64,000 nucleotides of DNA from Balanoglossus misakiensis (Eukaryota; Animalia; Hemichordata). Each line of letters begins with the position of its first letter. The stretch's first letter is position 1. Below are positions 61,313 to 64,000 of this stretch, piece after piece. The notes under the pieces are model-generated. The model saw only the letters and a list, made by a program, of their open reading frames with translations, ran no database searches and had not been told where the DNA came from. The translations under genes were made by a program, and so were the position numbers. The stretch lies in contig CM082593.2 of NCBI GenBank assembly GCA_040954595.2, positions 9,867,200-9,931,199 on the forward strand, written 5' to 3'.

Positions 61313-64000
61313 CACTACGGTCCAGGAGGCGCCCTCTCAGTTAAATTTCTGCATCCATTTGTTATTGCTCATGAATAATTCATTAGGTACAATGGCGGGT
61401 TTTTCGATCCAGCACTGCAACGGAACTAATTAATATGCAGGTGAGTGTATCTTGTAATTAACGCCAATTTCAGTGATTCCAATGAGATATGGAAGGCATA
61501 TGCAATGTACGGGTTCTTTTATGTGAATAGCTGTGAATATTTCTCATGCCCTAGATCACAAAACAGCGATCTCCTGATTGGTAGTTTGGTTACTATGCAA
61601 ACCTAAGCCACATAGCAACAGTTGCATTGTGCGGATTACTCTACGATTTGGAGAGTTTTGGTGTACTTCTTTTGAAAATAAAACGATACGATTTTTCTTT
61701 AATGTATAGAGTCTTACATAGCTGGGATTTGGGTGAAAATTCTCACCTTTTGTTGAAATTCAACCAAGCGAAACTTGTCGAGTTGCGTGCGTGCGCTATG
61801 CGTGAACGATTGTCATTGTAAACAATGGCGCGGAGGTCGCTTTCATCAACACAGGGCAACATATTGATGGTTTTTATGATTTAACTGGGCGGTAAATTAA
61901 AATTTTAAACCTAACATATTCATTTTAGATTGTTAGAAAACAGTAATGTATTGGAAAAATGGCTAAGAAATAATTAATAAAAAAACGGAACCTGAGAGAA
62001 AATGAACGCTTGGGGGCTTACATTGACCTATGATGTACGCATGTACACCCTGTGATGTGCTGTTGATGTTGACATATATTTAAACTTAAGCTCATACCAT
62101 ATTTAAATAAACAAAATAGTCTCAACAGGTGTATGTCACTCTAATTCTGTTTCAGGCAGTTTTACCAACATATATTAATCAAAAGAAATACTGGTAAGAA
62201 TGCCTCACATTAAGAAGAGAAAGAGTAATTTTGACATTGGACGATGGGCAGTTGAAAAAAAGATATCTAAACTGATAGAAAAGGAAAGGCATGAACAAAA
62301 TCAACATGAATCTCAGCTAGGTACCAAGCTTAAGTTAGAGAAAGTGCAGGACAATGAAATAAGAAACAGGTCAGAGTTGAAGGAGAAAAGGCGTAGGTTT
62401 GACATTGGGAAATGGGCAGCAGACAGAAAACGTAAAAATGAAGAGAGTGCTGAGATCAGGGCGAAGAGACGGAAGGTAGATGAAGGAAAGAAACTAGTTG
62501 ACAAGGCCAGGAAGCGACTAGATAGACTAACTAAAAACATAAACATCTCAGTCAGGAAGCAGCCAGGTTCCACCGTGAGGTATGTTTTGTTTTAATTATG
62601 ATTTGCATAACAGGTTTGAGATATTTTTGCTTGATATTGTGAAGTTTGTGTTACACAGTATACTATGATGTTGTGACATGCTAAGGGAAATTTATATTTC
62701 TTGTGAATTTTTCTTTAGTGACGATGATTTAATCAATTTTACTTACAACTGTAATTGCCACATAATTAGTGTTCATTCCATTAAAATGCTTTACACACAC
62801 AAACACACACACATACACAGAATAATACCAGTTTGATTGTCCACAGAAACTGGCAAGTCTCTCATATTTGTCACAATTAACCTGGGTGACATATTTTCTT
62901 TTTCATGTATAACAGAACACATGTCATTCATCAACTGCCAAGAAAAAGCACTGGGTTAAGAAGAGCAGTGAAGTTCATCCATGTAACAGTGAGTGCCTGA
63001 CAGTTACCAAACCAGTTCAAAATAACCGCCGAGTGAAGACACTACAGGTAGCTGCTGGTATACATCAGTCGTCAACAGAGACTGAAAATGCTACTGGTAA
63101 TACATTAAATCCTCAGAAGGCTGTATTAGATGGTCTGTGGTTTACACTGATCAATTCAGTCACTCCTGGAGAGATGGAAAAATACCTCTCAACTTCATCT
63201 AAATTTTCTAACATAATTATGCCATCATTATTGCAAAAATCCATTTCTAAATTCGAAAACAGTGAAAATAACCTCATCAGGAGTGTCAGAGTTGTTTATC
63301 AGAATGGAGTATTGTCAAGGCGAAAGTACAATGCCATTCGTAACAGTGAACTGCAGTCCATTTCTCAGTTAAAACAACCTAGGAGTGTACTGCAATTTCA
63401 CCATGGATGTAAAATTCCAAGGTTATTAACCTATAATAAGGTTGTTCACTATGTGCGTAATTTAGATATTGGTGACCTGCAGCCTGTGATAGATAATGGG
63501 AGAGTAGTTGGTATGTACAGAAATGAAGAGGAGATGCTTCTGAAAATGGCAGACCTTTACACATTGTTGAATAAGGAACACCACCCTGGAATTTTGAACT
63601 GGTTTGGCAAGCCAGAGGGTGTGTTCCAAATTGCCCTCGGTGCTGATGGGGCACCATTTGGTAAATATGGGCAAGCAACTGCTTGGTTAGTTAGCTTTGT
63701 AAATGTATGCCATAGAGTAGCCAGTCCAGATGATAACTTTCTCCTGCTAGGAGCAAATTTGAAAGAGGAACACCCAATATTAATTGAATATGCAGCCTCA
63801 CTAAGCAGACAGCTTGAGGTCATTGAAAGCAAAACATATGTAATAAATGACCTCCAGGTAAGGTTTGAGGTGTCCCTTCTACCCTTTGACCAAAAAGGTC
63901 TTGCATGTATGTCAGGGGAACTGTCAAATGCAGGACAGTTTTTCAGCTCTTTTGCCACTGTTTCTAAGGGTACAATAGATGTTATAGGGGCAGATATAGG
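61313..64000 (+). mobile_element. Transib/RAG1-like DNA transposon, left part
   Basis: Starts CACTACGG where the preceding repeat breaks off, after GC-rich CCTCG. Encodes the transposase listed next. Confidence 0.55.
62200..64000 (+). CDS. Transib/RAG1-superfamily-like DDE transposase: exon 62200-62579, intron 62580-62915, exon 62916 to beyond the window end
   Basis: The frame is open from 62916 to the window end (361 codons) and is absent from the ORF track. Motifs: LSRRKYNAIR...TYNKV, FQIALGADG (D at 63645), SPDDNFLLLGANLKEE, VRFEVSLLPFDQK (D at 63888). Joining exon 1 in frame needs one extra A in the A-run at ~62533. Confidence 0.72.

Overview
Eukaryotic, repeat-saturated DNA; the TE repertoire suggests a marine invertebrate (inference). 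I see no convincing host gene, RNA gene or CRISPR array. The window is a stack of nested mobile elements on two collinear copies of a degenerate tandem-repeat backbone plus an ~80-bp satellite. From left to right: a Kolobok relic with THAP and P2X7-C/KolX-like fragments; a TTAA MITE; Ngaro-type tyrosine-recombinase (YR) retrotransposon 1 (2283-6573); a Gypsy LTR element (8741-14582) carrying a long-TIR MITE; a full-length L1/Tx1 LINE (14588-19902); an unusual gag-only, intron-containing split-direct-repeat element (20886-29508) with a lox-like junction, into which an RTEX-like LINE and Ngaro element 2 have inserted; the left end of a Polinton/Maverick; a CACTG element; the ~80-bp satellite containing a Gmr1-type Gypsy and a solo LTR; two inverted copies of an element carrying a 240-bp tandem array; a Crypton-like relic; and, running off the right edge and missed by the ORF track, an intron-containing Transib/RAG1-like DDE transposase gene behind a CACTACG terminus. 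All family assignments come from motif and structure recognition by eye, not from database searches.
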